The notes under the pieces are model-generated. The model searched no databases, was not told the origin of the DNA, and saw only the letters and a program-made list of their open reading frames with translations. Made by a program: the position numbers and the translations under genes. DNA of 64,000 bases from Vicinamibacterales bacterium (GTDB taxonomy: Bacteria; Acidobacteriota; Vicinamibacteria; Vicinamibacterales; UBA8438), in NCBI GenBank assembly GCA_965218825.1, contig OZ244656.1, positions 4,765,038-4,829,037 on the forward strand, read 5' to 3'. Shown here piece by piece: positions 1 through 9,214 of this stretch (within the stretch, counting starts at the first letter, position 1; every line of letters starts with the position of its first letter).

Positions 1-188
1 ATGGCCTCGAACCTACACCCCGCATGACAGCGCAGCACGACCGGTTGGGTGTCACCGGCCTTGATGCACAGTGAGGGGTTGTGATCCTCGTGCGCGGGGC
101 ACAGGGCCTGGTATCCAGACCCGAGCGGCTTGGGCTTGCAGCCCGCGGATTCCAGGGCGGCAAGCACGGCCTCGAGCGTGACCGTCAC
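1..188 (-). CDS. DNA primase-like protein, N-terminal zinc-binding part (partial, continues beyond window start)
   Basis: Minus-strand translation VTVTLEAVLAALESAGCKPKPLGSGYQALCPAHEDHNPSLCIKAGDTQPVVLRCHAGC. The CPAH..C..GC motif is typical of P4/island-type primases. The GTG start overlaps the alpA stop (GTGA). Confidence 0.5.
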   Translation of the reverse strand, partial: MTVTLEAVLAALESAGCKPKPLGSGYQALCPAHEDHNPSLCIKAGDTQPVVLRCHAGCRFEA

Positions 189-316
189 CCGGCCCGCTCG
201 GCCAACTTGACCGGCTTCGGGAACGTCCCGGCGCGCATCAAATGGTAGATGCTGGCTTTCGACCACTGTGTTCGCTGCTCGACTTCTGGACGGTAAATGA
301 TTCTCGGCTCGGGCAT
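185..316 (-). CDS. alpA: AlpA-family island/phage transcriptional regulator (short form)
   Basis: MPEPRIIYRPEVEQRTQWSKASIYHLMRAGTFPKPVKL fits the AlpA HTH pattern. GGAGG lies 7 nt upstream of ATG 316. The longer ORF-track start at 397 has no RBS. Confidence 0.65.
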   Translation of the reverse strand: MPEPRIIYRPEVEQRTQWSKASIYHLMRAGTFPKPVKLAERAG

Positions 317-675
317 CGCACGACCTCCGTCGTTGCTACGAAACCTCCTTGTGCCGTCCCAGACTGGCGCTGGCTGCCTGAGTATTTCGGCCGACATGAT
401 CAGACCCCCCGGCCGTGACGGTATGCGCTTTCGACCTTGTGTTACACCGCGTCATCCGGTGTCGCCGTGCCCGGCGAGTTGGCGGTCGATGCACTCCCCA
501 AGCGCCCGCGCCGGGAACGCGCAAGGATTTCCCCAAAGCGGACGCTCGAGAGGAGCCCCGTGGCGATGAGTTCATAGTGGTCACCAGTGATATCTCCGAC
601 TCAGGTTGTGTGCGTATGTCTTTGAGCATCCAACTGGCTCGGCCAAATCGCGCTCGCTCCTGTCCGGCCACGTCT

Positions 676-903
676 TTAGCGCCAGGCGGAGCCTGTGCCT
701 GTCGGTCTTGGTCGCGCCTGTCCGGTCCCCTGCTCGGCGAGCCCTTGGAGCCAGGCATCCACCCAGGTCGCGCTGAACAGCAGATTGCGCCCCGCCCCGA
801 TCCTGGCCGCTTTCAGATGGCCGTTCCTGACGGCCGCGTACAGCACCTTGACCGAGACCCCGCCGGCATACTCGGCGGCTTGTGTAGCTTTCATCCAGGT
901 CAC
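676..903 (-). CDS. excisionase-family HTH DNA-binding protein
   Basis: VTWMKATQAAEYAGGVSVKVLYAAVRNGHLKAARIGAGRNLLFSATWVDAWL is an excisionase/MerR-type HTH_17 pattern. GGGAGG lies 8 nt upstream of GTG 903. Confidence 0.6.
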   Translation of the reverse strand: MTWMKATQAAEYAGGVSVKVLYAAVRNGHLKAARIGAGRNLLFSATWVDAWLQGLAEQGTGQARPRPTGTGSAWR

Positions 904-916
904 GCGGTCGGCCTCC

Positions 917-1132
917 CTACGGCGCACGATCATCATCAACAACATCAACATGGGCGAGCAGTTCGTCTGCGCCAAGCCCCAGCACGCGCACCAGACGTTT
1001 GATCTGGCCGGGATAGGGGGTGAGCCGTCCAGTCTCAATGCGAGAGATCTCTGCCGGTGTCATCCGTGCCTTGTAGCCGAGGTCGGTCTGTGTCCACTCC
1101 CGCCGAAGTCGTTCCACCTTGATTCGCAACAT
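917..1132 (-). CDS. XRE/Cro-CI family HTH transcriptional regulator
   Basis: LRREWTQTDLGYKARMTPAEISRIETGRLTPYPGQIKRLVRVLG is a canonical HTH_3 signature. Confidence 0.75.
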   Translation of the reverse strand: MLRIKVERLRREWTQTDLGYKARMTPAEISRIETGRLTPYPGQIKRLVRVLGLGADELLAHVDVVDDDRAP

Positions 1133-1223
1133 CCTGTGCCGCCTCCATGTCCATGTGCTAGGCTATGGGCTACTGTAAATTATTCGAAAATAGCATTACA
1201 AGGTTATAACTAGTATTTATACC
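1133..1223. promoter_or_regulatory. AT-rich divergent intergenic region between the XRE gene and ORF 1224
   Basis: The only markedly AT-rich stretch locally (ctgtaaattattcgaaaatagcattacaaggttataactagtatttatacc), lying between divergently oriented genes. Confidence 0.35.
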
Positions 1224-2084
1224 GTGACACAATCTGCCCACACGCGACCTCTCACCACCGAGGAGTCGTTGGAGGCCAGCACTGCGGAGCAGCAGGGCTT
1301 CGTGGGGCTCACGGGTGTGCGCGAGCGTTACGGGGTCGCTGAGGATGGCCTTGTGCTGGGCGCGGGCGGCATCGACCGGTGGTACACGCCGATCGCCCAT
1401 AGGGAGCTTCCAGAAGTCGTTGCGACGCTACGGGAGGCGTCTGAAGCTGAGATAGTCAGGTTCGCTCGTACCTATGGGGGGATGGGATATGAGTCGATCG
1501 TGCGCGACCCCGAGAAGGCGACCCATCGCCGCGCGGATGGCACACGAGAAGCGGGCGGCGACCCCGTGTGGTGGCTGCGCGGCCACGGCTGGTCGGCACA
1601 CATGTGCTTGGAGATCAGCGACGCAGTAGAGCGGAAGGACGCGCGCCTCGCCACCGAGGTGCTCCACAACGCCGGCCAGTTGGAACGTGGCATCATGCAG
1701 GGTGCTGAGAGGGTGCACGTCACCCTGATTGGGCAACAACGTGACGACTCATCGCCGTTTGTGATCGATGCCCCATTGGAACAAGCACGGGATCTGCGCC
1801 GGCAGATCATCAACGCAAACATTGCCGACGTATCGCGGGCGATTTATCCACTGACGGGTGGGCGGGAGCAGTCCTATTTCAGGTGTCCGGCGGGAATCAA
1901 GGCCGTATACTGGCACCTGGCCAACCTGGTCGATGGTGGAGTCGTGAAACGGTGCGCGGCGGAAGGGTGCGGCGCCGTCTTCATTCAGACGCACGGCCGC
2001 CAGCGATTCTGCCCCCCTCGGTGGCGCCAGAGCGAGAGCGGTTGTGCCGTGCGAGAACGTCAGCGCAAGCGACGCAGTCGCTGA
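1224..2084 (+). CDS. hypothetical protein with Cys-rich CGNR-like zinc-finger C-terminus
   Basis: 286-aa ORF. The C-terminus RCAAEGCGAVFIQTHGRQRFCPPRWRQSESGCAVRERQRKRR resembles CGNR-type zinc fingers. The rest is unassigned. Confidence 0.5.
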   Translation: MTQSAHTRPLTTEESLEASTAEQQGFVGLTGVRERYGVAEDGLVLGAGGIDRWYTPIAHRELPEVVATLREASEAEIVRFARTYGGMGYESIVRDPEKATHRRADGTREAGGDPVWWLRGHGWSAHMCLEISDAVERKDARLATEVLHNAGQLERGIMQGAERVHVTLIGQQRDDSSPFVIDAPLEQARDLRRQIINANIADVSRAIYPLTGGREQSYFRCPAGIKAVYWHLANLVDGGVVKRCAAEGCGAVFIQTHGRQRFCPPRWRQSESGCAVRERQRKRRSR

Positions 2085-2206
2085 TCCGTGTGTCACTTTG
2101 GGACATTTTTTCCCGAATACCACGCCCCAAGGGGTGATAACTCCGGATCCAGCATGACACGAAGGCCTGTAAACATTGAAGAAACCACAAGGTGGAACAA
2201 CTGTGA

Positions 2207-2250
2207 TCGGCTTAGAAGGCCGATGCTCTATCCAACTGAGCTACGGGCGC
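2207..2250 (-). tRNA. tRNA-Arg(TCT) 5' half (44 nt, gene interrupted)
   Basis: Reverse complement reads GCGCCCG TA GCTC AGTTGGATA GAGC A TCGGC CTTCTAA GCCGA. That gives the acceptor 5' strand, D arm and anticodon arm with TCT, but no variable or T arm follows. Confidence 0.85.
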
Positions 2251-2413
2251 TCATTGGTCGCTAGTTTATCAGTGAGTTACCTGCAAAACCTGCAAACTGT
2301 TCCCTCATCGAGCCGGCGCATGGACTCTTGCCGTTCCGGAGCCGCGGCATACAATGCCCTCGATTCCAACCGATGGCACTCGCAAAGGGAGTGACCACTT
2401 CGGGCGGTGGTGA

Positions 2414-3040
2414 ATGAACACAAGTGCGCGCTGGCGTTCGGCGTTCATCCTCTCGGCTCTGCTCTTGATGATCGGGGGACCGCAGCATCCAGACGGCACC
2501 ATGGTCGAGATGTTGGGTCATCCCGACTGGATCCCAGCTCATACGCTCATGCTGGCTGGGTTCGGCGTGCTGTTGGTGGGGCTGCTCGCGTTTAGCACGA
2601 CGCCCACCCTGCCGACTCGAGCGCGACGCTGGACCCGCTACGCGCTGGTTGGCAACGCTTTGATGATCGTGGAGATGGCGCTGCACACGGCGGCCGTTGT
2701 CGACTACGAGAACCTGGTTGCCGGGAACGCGACGCCCGTTCTCACGGCTCACCTGGCAGCGGCAGTGATCTTCTACCCGGCGTTCTCAGCAACGATGGTC
2801 GGACTGATTATCGCAGCAGGCAAGGACAACGTCCTGGGGTCAACCTGGATCTCGTGGTTGGGCGTCGTGGGCCTGGTGGGCAACGGGATCGCTCCTGCTC
2901 TCGTGCTATCGGGTTTTGAGGATGCACGGTACTTGTTCCGCCTGCTGATGCTCTTTGCCGTGTGGCTCATCCTTGCGGGCATATGGCGTCTGGAAAGCTC
3001 CAAGGCGGGTAAGGCGAGTGACGCTGTCGCCCCTTCGTGA
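2414..3040 (+). CDS. integral membrane protein, unknown function
   Basis: 208 aa with several hydrophobic helices (ILSALLLMIGG, LMLAGFGVLLVGLLAF, LFAVWLILAGIW). Confidence 0.55.
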   Translation: MNTSARWRSAFILSALLLMIGGPQHPDGTMVEMLGHPDWIPAHTLMLAGFGVLLVGLLAFSTTPTLPTRARRWTRYALVGNALMIVEMALHTAAVVDYENLVAGNATPVLTAHLAAAVIFYPAFSATMVGLIIAAGKDNVLGSTWISWLGVVGLVGNGIAPALVLSGFEDARYLFRLLMLFAVWLILAGIWRLESSKAGKASDAVAPS

Positions 3041-3113
3041 GCGAAGAATGGGACTGAGTGTCGGCTCCCGAGGGGCAGAAGGTGTAAAGAAGGAGCAGGG
3101 GAGAGGTGTGTCG

Positions 3114-4088
3114 ATGAGGCGTCTCATTCCGATTCTCACAATCATGTTGGTGGCCGCCCCAGTGGTGACCGTGGCGCAGAGTCGTATCGTCAATGCGACC
3201 GTCGAGACAGACGCCGTGCCTGGTCCGGTGGAGTACGCGGTCTTGTTACCGGACGGCTATAGCAAGACCAGCGATCCGGTCCCGCTTGTCCTCTTTCTGC
3301 ACGGGGGCGGAGGCAATCGAGACAGACTGTCTACCTATAAGAGGATAATCGACCCACTCTGGGCCGATGGCTCACTTCCTCCGCTTGTGTTCGCCATGGC
3401 GTCCACAGGTCCCTCGTTTTACATGAATTTCAAGGACGGTTCCGAACGATGGGAGGACTTCATCCTGGAGGATTTTCTCTCGCACCTCCGTAGTGCGTAC
3501 CAGGTTCAATCGACCCGAGCGGCTACGGTCGTCATGGGTCCATCGATGGGTGGAATCGGATCGCTTCGCATGGCGTTCAAGTATCCCGAGCGATTCGCGG
3601 CCGTCGCTTCGCTGGAACCGGCGCTCCAACCGGCACTAACGTGGGACGAACTACAACCGAAACATCTTTTCTGGTGGCCGAAACAGAACATGGAGCAACT
3701 CTTTGGTTCGCCCATAGACGGCGAGTACTGGGAGGCCAACCACCCCCCTTCGATCGTTCAGGCAAGACCGGAATACATCCGTCGTGCCGGCCTCCAGATC
3801 TATCTCGAAGCAGGAGACCGAGACGGGTTGTGGCTCTACGAGGGGGCGGAGTTTCTTCACCGCACTCTCTGGGATGCGAAGATTCCGCACGAATATCACC
3901 TGGTCCGGGGCGCTGACCATGTGGGTGCGACGATGCCTCCACGTATGGCGGAGGCCTTGCTCTTCGTTGGTCGTGTACTGTCGGGGCCGACAGATGACCC
4001 GGCCGCCGACGCTTTTCGTGAACGCTTCAAAGAGCAGAAGCAGGGGCTCAGCGAGGCGGATCAGTATGGTCTGGACAAGGTGAGATAA
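3114..4088 (+). CDS. secreted alpha/beta-hydrolase, putative esterase family
   Basis: Signal peptide MRRLIPILTIMLVAAPVVTVAQS after AAGGAG. LVLFLHGGGGN and the nucleophile elbow GPSMGG fit PF00756-like esterases. Confidence 0.8.
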   Translation: MRRLIPILTIMLVAAPVVTVAQSRIVNATVETDAVPGPVEYAVLLPDGYSKTSDPVPLVLFLHGGGGNRDRLSTYKRIIDPLWADGSLPPLVFAMASTGPSFYMNFKDGSERWEDFILEDFLSHLRSAYQVQSTRAATVVMGPSMGGIGSLRMAFKYPERFAAVASLEPALQPALTWDELQPKHLFWWPKQNMEQLFGSPIDGEYWEANHPPSIVQARPEYIRRAGLQIYLEAGDRDGLWLYEGAEFLHRTLWDAKIPHEYHLVRGADHVGATMPPRMAEALLFVGRVLSGPTDDPAADAFRERFKEQKQGLSEADQYGLDKVR

Positions 4089-4241
4089 GCGTCCCCGATC
4101 CGCCCCATGGCTCTCGATGTCGACTCTCGACTCGGCCGTGACGACGTGGTGCACTCTCACGGGACTACATTTGCCGCTGCCGGAACCTCTACTCCTATAA
4201 TTCGCCTGACGCCGGTCAAACAAGCCTCATGAGGAGGATCT

Positions 4242-4583
4242 ATGGCGAGTCGGAGTGACACCAAAAGGGTGGCGGACGCCACAACCAAGTTGGGTAAGAA
4301 CATAGCCGAGGCACTGCGTTCGTGGGTACAGGAAGCCAAGCCAGACGAGATCGCCAGCGATGTGATGGATCGTGTTCGCGAGGGATTCGACGTAGTTTTT
4401 GACGCAGCCAAGGACGCGGCAGACAAGGCCCGCACCAGGGCAAAAAGCACTACCAAGAAAGCGAAGAGGACCGCGAGGAGGTCAGCGAAGAAGCCGCGCA
4501 AGAAAGCCAGCAGCGCCGCCAAGCGGAAGACGACCCGCAAGACCTCGACCAAGAAGAAGGCGGTTCGCACCAAACCGAGGTGA
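4242..4583 (+). CDS. Lys/Ala-rich basic histone H1-like protein
   Basis: GAGGAGG RBS. The C-terminal half is a K/R/A/T low-complexity tail (KSTTKKAKRTARRSAKKPRKKASSAAKRKTTRK). Confidence 0.6.
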   Translation: MASRSDTKRVADATTKLGKNIAEALRSWVQEAKPDEIASDVMDRVREGFDVVFDAAKDAADKARTRAKSTTKKAKRTARRSAKKPRKKASSAAKRKTTRKTSTKKKAVRTKPR

Positions 4584-6307
4584 TGACCATGAGACTCCAT
4601 CTTGCTTTTCTGTCTGCCATCGTCGCAGCGCTTGCATTTGGCGTATCGGCGCAGACCGACCCGTCGGAGTCGCGACGACCCGTCGTCGGTCGATCGGTGG
4701 TCGCCACGACCTATGGCATCGTCGCGGCGAGTCAGCCGTTGGCCGCACGCGCGGGTGTGCAGGTCCTCGAACGTGGCGGCAACGCCGCCGACGCGGCGAT
4801 CGCGGCCAACGCAGCGATTGGTCTGATGGAGCCGACCGGCAACGGTATCGGCGGCGACTTGTTCGCGCTCGTCTACGAGGCGAGGACCGGCGAGCTCCAC
4901 GGTCTGAACGCCAGTGGCTGGGCCCCAGCCGGGCGCACGGTCGAGCTGCTCCGGTCCAAGGGGTTCGACAAGATGCCCCAGCGTGGCATCTATTCCGCGA
5001 CGGTGCCCGGTGTGGTGGCGGGATGGGACGCCTTGCGTGAGCGCTTTGGCACGCTGCCCTTCTCCGAGCTGCTGGCCCCCGCGATCTTCTATGCGGAGAA
5101 CGGCTTCCCGCTCTCACCGGTCATTGCCGGTAGTTGGGGTGGATCGGCCCCGTTTCTTTCGAAGCACCCGAATTCGAGGGCCACCTTCCTGATTGGCGAT
5201 CTCGCGCCCGCCGCGGGTGAGCTCTTCCGCAACCCGGATCTCGGCGGCTCGCTCAAGCGCATCGCCGAGCATGGCCGCGACGGGTACTACGAGGGACAAA
5301 CGGCTCAGGCGATCGTGCAGATCTCGCGTGAGCAAGGCGGCACGTTCACGGCCGAAGACCTCAGCGAGTTCCACCCCGAATGGGTGACCCCGATCTCGAC
5401 CACGTATCGCGGCTGGACCGTGAGTGAGATTCCGCCGAACACCCAGGGCATTGCCGCGCTCATGATGCTGAATCTCATGGAGCAGTTCCCGCTGGGCGAG
5501 TACGGCTTCCACAGCCCGGAGGCGCTCCACGCGATGATCGAGGCCAAGAAGCTGGCCTACGCGGACATGCTGCGCTATGTGGGCGACCCCGCGTTTTCTG
5601 AGATCCCGGTCGAGCAGATGCTGAGCAAGGCGCACGCGGCCGAACGCGCCAAGCTGATCAATTCCGAACAGGCCGCCTGCCAGGTCGAGCCGTCGCACTT
5701 CGAGGGGATCACGGACTCCGAGGGCAACGACACAATCTACCTGTCAGTGATCGACCAGGACGGCAACATCGTGTCTTTGATCCAGAGCAACTACGGCGGC
5801 TTCGGATCCGGTCTGGTCCCACCCGACACGGGGTTCATGCTGCACAACCGCGGCGGGTTATTCACGCTGGAAGAAGGGCAGCCCAATACCCTCGAACCTC
5901 GGAAGCGTCCGCTGCACACGATCATTCCGGCCTTCATGGAAAAGGACGGCGTCCAGATTGGGTTCGGCATCATGGGTGGCTGGACCCAGGCTCAGGCCCA
6001 CGCGCAGTTCGTGGCCAACATCGCCGACTACGGCTTCAACATCCAGGAGGCCTTGGAGGCAGGCCGGTTCACCAAGCGCTCGTTCTCGGGATGCGACGTT
6101 CGCGTCGAGGCGCTAATCCCGTCAGAAGTGCAAGAGCAATTGGCCGCGCGTGGTCATGATCTCGACGTGCGGCCGGCGAGGACCGGCGCGTTTGGGTATG
6201 GACAGGCTGTCCAGCGCACCCCAGACGGCGTCCACTTTGGTGCCTCCGAACCGCGGCACGACGGAATGGCTATTCCTCAGGCTCCACCGGTTTTCGACCG
6301 TCGCTAG
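4580..6307 (+). CDS. ggt: gamma-glutamyltransferase
   Basis: Signal peptide present. ASQPLAARAGVQVLERGGNAADAAIA, GIGGDLF, the autoprocessing site GNDTIYLSVIDQDGN and GFMLHNRG are classic GGT motifs. Confidence 0.9.
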   Translation: MMTMRLHLAFLSAIVAALAFGVSAQTDPSESRRPVVGRSVVATTYGIVAASQPLAARAGVQVLERGGNAADAAIAANAAIGLMEPTGNGIGGDLFALVYEARTGELHGLNASGWAPAGRTVELLRSKGFDKMPQRGIYSATVPGVVAGWDALRERFGTLPFSELLAPAIFYAENGFPLSPVIAGSWGGSAPFLSKHPNSRATFLIGDLAPAAGELFRNPDLGGSLKRIAEHGRDGYYEGQTAQAIVQISREQGGTFTAEDLSEFHPEWVTPISTTYRGWTVSEIPPNTQGIAALMMLNLMEQFPLGEYGFHSPEALHAMIEAKKLAYADMLRYVGDPAFSEIPVEQMLSKAHAAERAKLINSEQAACQVEPSHFEGITDSEGNDTIYLSVIDQDGNIVSLIQSNYGGFGSGLVPPDTGFMLHNRGGLFTLEEGQPNTLEPRKRPLHTIIPAFMEKDGVQIGFGIMGGWTQAQAHAQFVANIADYGFNIQEALEAGRFTKRSFSGCDVRVEALIPSEVQEQLAARGHDLDVRPARTGAFGYGQAVQRTPDGVHFGASEPRHDGMAIPQAPPVFDRR

Positions 6308-6391
6308 CGCCAGGCTACGTCATGTCACGTGGCTGCCGCGACTGACCCGGTGCGCATGGACCATAGTTTTCCAGATGGGAGGAAAAGACGC

Positions 6392-6789
6392 ATGAACCGA
6401 ACAGCGGTGAATCCGTGGGACTGGTCCCTGAAGTTCAGCTTCAACCAGGGTGAAGTCATCGAGGAGGCCAGCCGGTTCCCCTCGTGTGTTCCGGCCAAAC
6501 GGCAATTGACGGCGATGGGAATCCGCAGCACGCCGGGGACATGAAGGCTCAAATGGGACTCGCGCTGGACAACCTCGAGGAGGTGCTCAAGGCCGGAGAC
6601 ATGACATTGTCGAACGTCGTCCGTTTCACGATCTACACGACGGACGTTGATGCCGTGATTGGGAACTGGGATGTGTTCGCGGGGCGAATTGGCCCGGCAG
6701 GCGTAATGCCTCCCCAGACACTATTGGGTGTCAATCGTCTCGCGTTTCCTGAGCTCATGGTCGAGATCGAGGCGCTGGCCGCGGCCTAG
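6392..6789 (+). pseudogene. RidA/YjgF/L-PSP family protein with a frameshift near 6475-6490
   Basis: The N-terminus MNRTAVNPWDWSLKFSFNQGEVIEEASRF is in one frame. The remainder, SGQTAIDGDGNPQHAGDMKAQMGLALDNLEEVL...MVEIEALAAA, is in another. It could also be a sequencing error. Confidence 0.65.
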
Positions 6790-6848
6790 GAGTCTGCGCC
6801 GCAGAAACGGTGCGACAATTGTAGGCGAGCCGAGGAGGAAAGGACCTG

Positions 6849-7380
6849 ATGTCGACGACGTTCCGTCCCTACGCACCGGATCAGATGCTGCTGTTGCCGG
6901 CGGACCTGCGGGCGTGGTTGCCGGAGGGCCACTTGGCGCACCACGTCAGCGACCTGGGGGACGGTGTGGATTTGACGGCGTTCTACGCGCCGTATGCGGG
7001 GGACGGTCGGCGCAACGCGCCCTCTGCACCGCGGATGATGGTGAAGGTGCTGCTGTATGCGTATGCGACGGGGGTGTTCTCGGCGCGCGGGATCGCGCGG
7101 AAGCTGGAAGAGGACGGGGCGTTCCGGGTTCTGGGGGCGGGCAACTTCCCGCAACATCGGACGCTGTGCGAGTTCCGGCGGCGGCACTTGTCGGACTTCA
7201 AGGAGCTGTTTGTAGCGGTGGGTCGTCTGGCGCGGGAATTGGGTCTGGCGCGCTTCGGGAAGCTGTCGCTTGACGGCACGAAGGTGCGGGCGAACGCGAG
7301 CAAACGGAAGGCGATGAGCTACGGGCGGATGGCAAAGGAGGAGCGGCGGCTGCGGGGGGAGATTGAGGCGGATACCGACG
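6849..7380 (+). pseudogene. IS1182/IS5-type transposase, N-terminal fragment
   Basis: FRPYAPDQMLLLPADLRAWLPEGHLAHHV...YATGVFSARGIARKLEEDGAFRVL...LSLDGTKVRANAS is the InsH-type N-terminal domain. No DDE domain follows. Confidence 0.75.
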
Positions 7381-7726
7381 GAGTCGGCCGTCCGAGTGTG
7401 GCGCCGGGGCGCTATTTCCGGCGCTGCAGGCGCCAAGTGTAGCGCTCAGCAGAACGACACATAGCTGGCACATCCGCCCGCGATTCACTTCCACCATATG
7501 GGGTCCTTGCTCTTGAACTGATCATAAAGTGCCAGACCCGTGCTGCGCCGGAGCAGGCTTTACCTCGATTTTGGACAAACAGGGCCGCGACCTTGGCCTG
7601 AAAAACCTGACCACTTACGAGGCTGGTGAAGGCGAAGAAAATGCCCACGCACGCATTGTCGAGGCTGCTCAGTCCCAGTTTCTAGACCAGACAGCTCAAC
7701 GTGGCTAGTATTGGCCCGACCCAGCC

Positions 7727-7861
7727 ATGCCTCTAGAAGTCGGTTCCCGACTCGGCCATTACGACGTCACCGCCAAGATCGGCGAAGGCGGCATGGGCGA
7801 GGTGTGTCGCGCACGAGACACCAAGCTCGATCGGGATGTGGCGCTGAAGGTGTTGCCGTAG
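7727..7861 (+). pseudogene. Ser/Thr protein kinase, 44-aa N-terminal fragment
   Basis: [44 protein letters not shown] carries the Gly-rich loop and VALK lysine, then a stop. It ends 7 nt before the convergent gene. Confidence 0.7.
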
Positions 7862-7868
7862 GCCCGAG

Positions 7869-8957
7869 TCAGAATGTGGCGAGGGCATTGAACGGCGACG
7901 CTGTTCCCCCTTGTATCTGGTAGATGTGAAGGGTGAACATGAACTCCCAGCGCCGTAACCGCTCCGCTTCTCTAGCCGCGTCTTCGAGGTACGCGTTGTC
8001 AACGAGCGGCAGGCCCATGTTCACCTGTGTGACCTGGTGAATTGGACGGTTGATTCCCTGAACGCCTGAAGGCTGGACGTCATTGACCGCGTCGCTGGCG
8101 AGAAGGGACACGTCCCGCTCGCGCAGCCACGGTAGCACGGATGCATGAAGGCCGGCGCCCCCCCCACCGTAGGCCCACGGGCCTTCTGCCTCCCTTTTCG
8201 CCCAGCGGCCGCTGCGAATGAGCAAGGCGTCGCCGGCGCCAATCGTGATGCCCGCGAACTCTTCCCAGGCCTCGAGATCTTCCGCATAGATGGGAGTGCT
8301 CGGCTCGAGCCATCTGACGTTCTTGAGCCGCGGCATGTCGACCAGGATGCCGCGGGTCACGTATCCAGGGCCCATCCTGTCGGCAGCCGATTCGCGGCAC
8401 CCGGCCGCGGTGAGGGTGAAAGGAAAGCCGTTATAGCTCACCGCCGGCTCACCAGGCCTCCGGCCGATTGGACCCTGATAGTGGCAGAGTGCATCCATGT
8501 GTGAGCTCAAGCCGTCGTGGATCGAAAGTTGGATGATGTCCAGAGCACCTCGCACCTCACCTGTCGTTGGATCGATTCGGGCCATGCGGTGCACGTTTTC
8601 GCCGAAGATCCCCGTATCGCTTCCGGACTTCTTAAAGGGGTTGATCTGAAGTGTGACCGTTGTGCCCTCGATCACGAGGGCCGTCGCCTGCTTCGTCTTC
8701 TCGGACGTGATGAGGTTCAGCAGCCCGCGTTGGTCATCTTTGCCCCACCGCTCCCAGTTGGACAGCTCCTTCTCCCATTGTTTCAGCTTGTCCAGCGTGA
8801 CAAGCCGCGAGGGCTCCTGAGTCGAGGAATGCGGTCTGAACGCCTGGTCGTTCGCTTGACCGGACACCAGGGTACCCTGCGTCACAAGAAAGGCCACGAG
8901 GAGGCCGAGCGCTCCTACTGCGAGTCGCGTGAACCAAGGTCGCTGAACCATACGCAC
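7869..8957 (-). CDS. cyclase family protein (kynurenine formamidase-like fold), secreted
   Basis: N-terminal signal/TM present. The HDGLSSHMDALCH motif resembles the HxGTHxDxxxH motif of the PF04199 cyclase family. Confidence 0.75.
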   Translation of the reverse strand: MRMVQRPWFTRLAVGALGLLVAFLVTQGTLVSGQANDQAFRPHSSTQEPSRLVTLDKLKQWEKELSNWERWGKDDQRGLLNLITSEKTKQATALVIEGTTVTLQINPFKKSGSDTGIFGENVHRMARIDPTTGEVRGALDIIQLSIHDGLSSHMDALCHYQGPIGRRPGEPAVSYNGFPFTLTAAGCRESAADRMGPGYVTRGILVDMPRLKNVRWLEPSTPIYAEDLEAWEEFAGITIGAGDALLIRSGRWAKREAEGPWAYGGGGAGLHASVLPWLRERDVSLLASDAVNDVQPSGVQGINRPIHQVTQVNMGLPLVDNAYLEDAAREAERLRRWEFMFTLHIYQIQGGTASPFNALATF

Positions 8958-9178
8958 TCCTTTTCTTCCGGTTGTTCTTGCATTCTAGCCTGCAGGGCGG
9001 CGATGCACGTAAGTTTTACGCCACGCTCGGGCCGTCAGCGGCCTGTCAGCCTCTGTCAAACCGCCGCATCAAAGTAGCCGCGCGCGCCGCCCCTGCCCAC
9101 GGTCTTTCCATATAATCCTGCGTAGCCATCACGTCCCACGGAGGGTCAGTGTCGCTTGGCGTCGGCGCACGGCTCGGG

Positions 9179-9214
9179 CGAGGGTCGCAGGTTCGAATCC
9201 TGCCGGGCGCGCCA
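9179..9214 (+). tRNA. tRNA-Arg 3' part (variable loop, T arm, acceptor 3' strand, CCA)
   Basis: (CGA)GGGTC GCAGG TTCGAAT CCTGC CGGGCGC G CCA. The acceptor strand is exactly complementary to the 5' half at 2207-2250. The upstream sequence is not tRNA-like. Confidence 0.85.

Noticed and set aside
398-675. Possible small gene between alpA and the excisionase-like gene
   Set aside because: None of the three minus-strand frames gives a convincing protein or RBS. The 140-aa ORF 336-758 overlaps both neighbours and is compositionally biased.
2176-2394. 72-aa plus-strand ORF across the tRNA fragment
   Set aside because: It overlaps the tRNA-Arg 5' half on the opposite strand and has no RBS or motifs.
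4157-5117. Long minus-strand ORFs (247 and 211 aa) opposite the H1-like gene and ggt
   Set aside because: They are antisense to genes with strong motif support and are highly Arg-rich.
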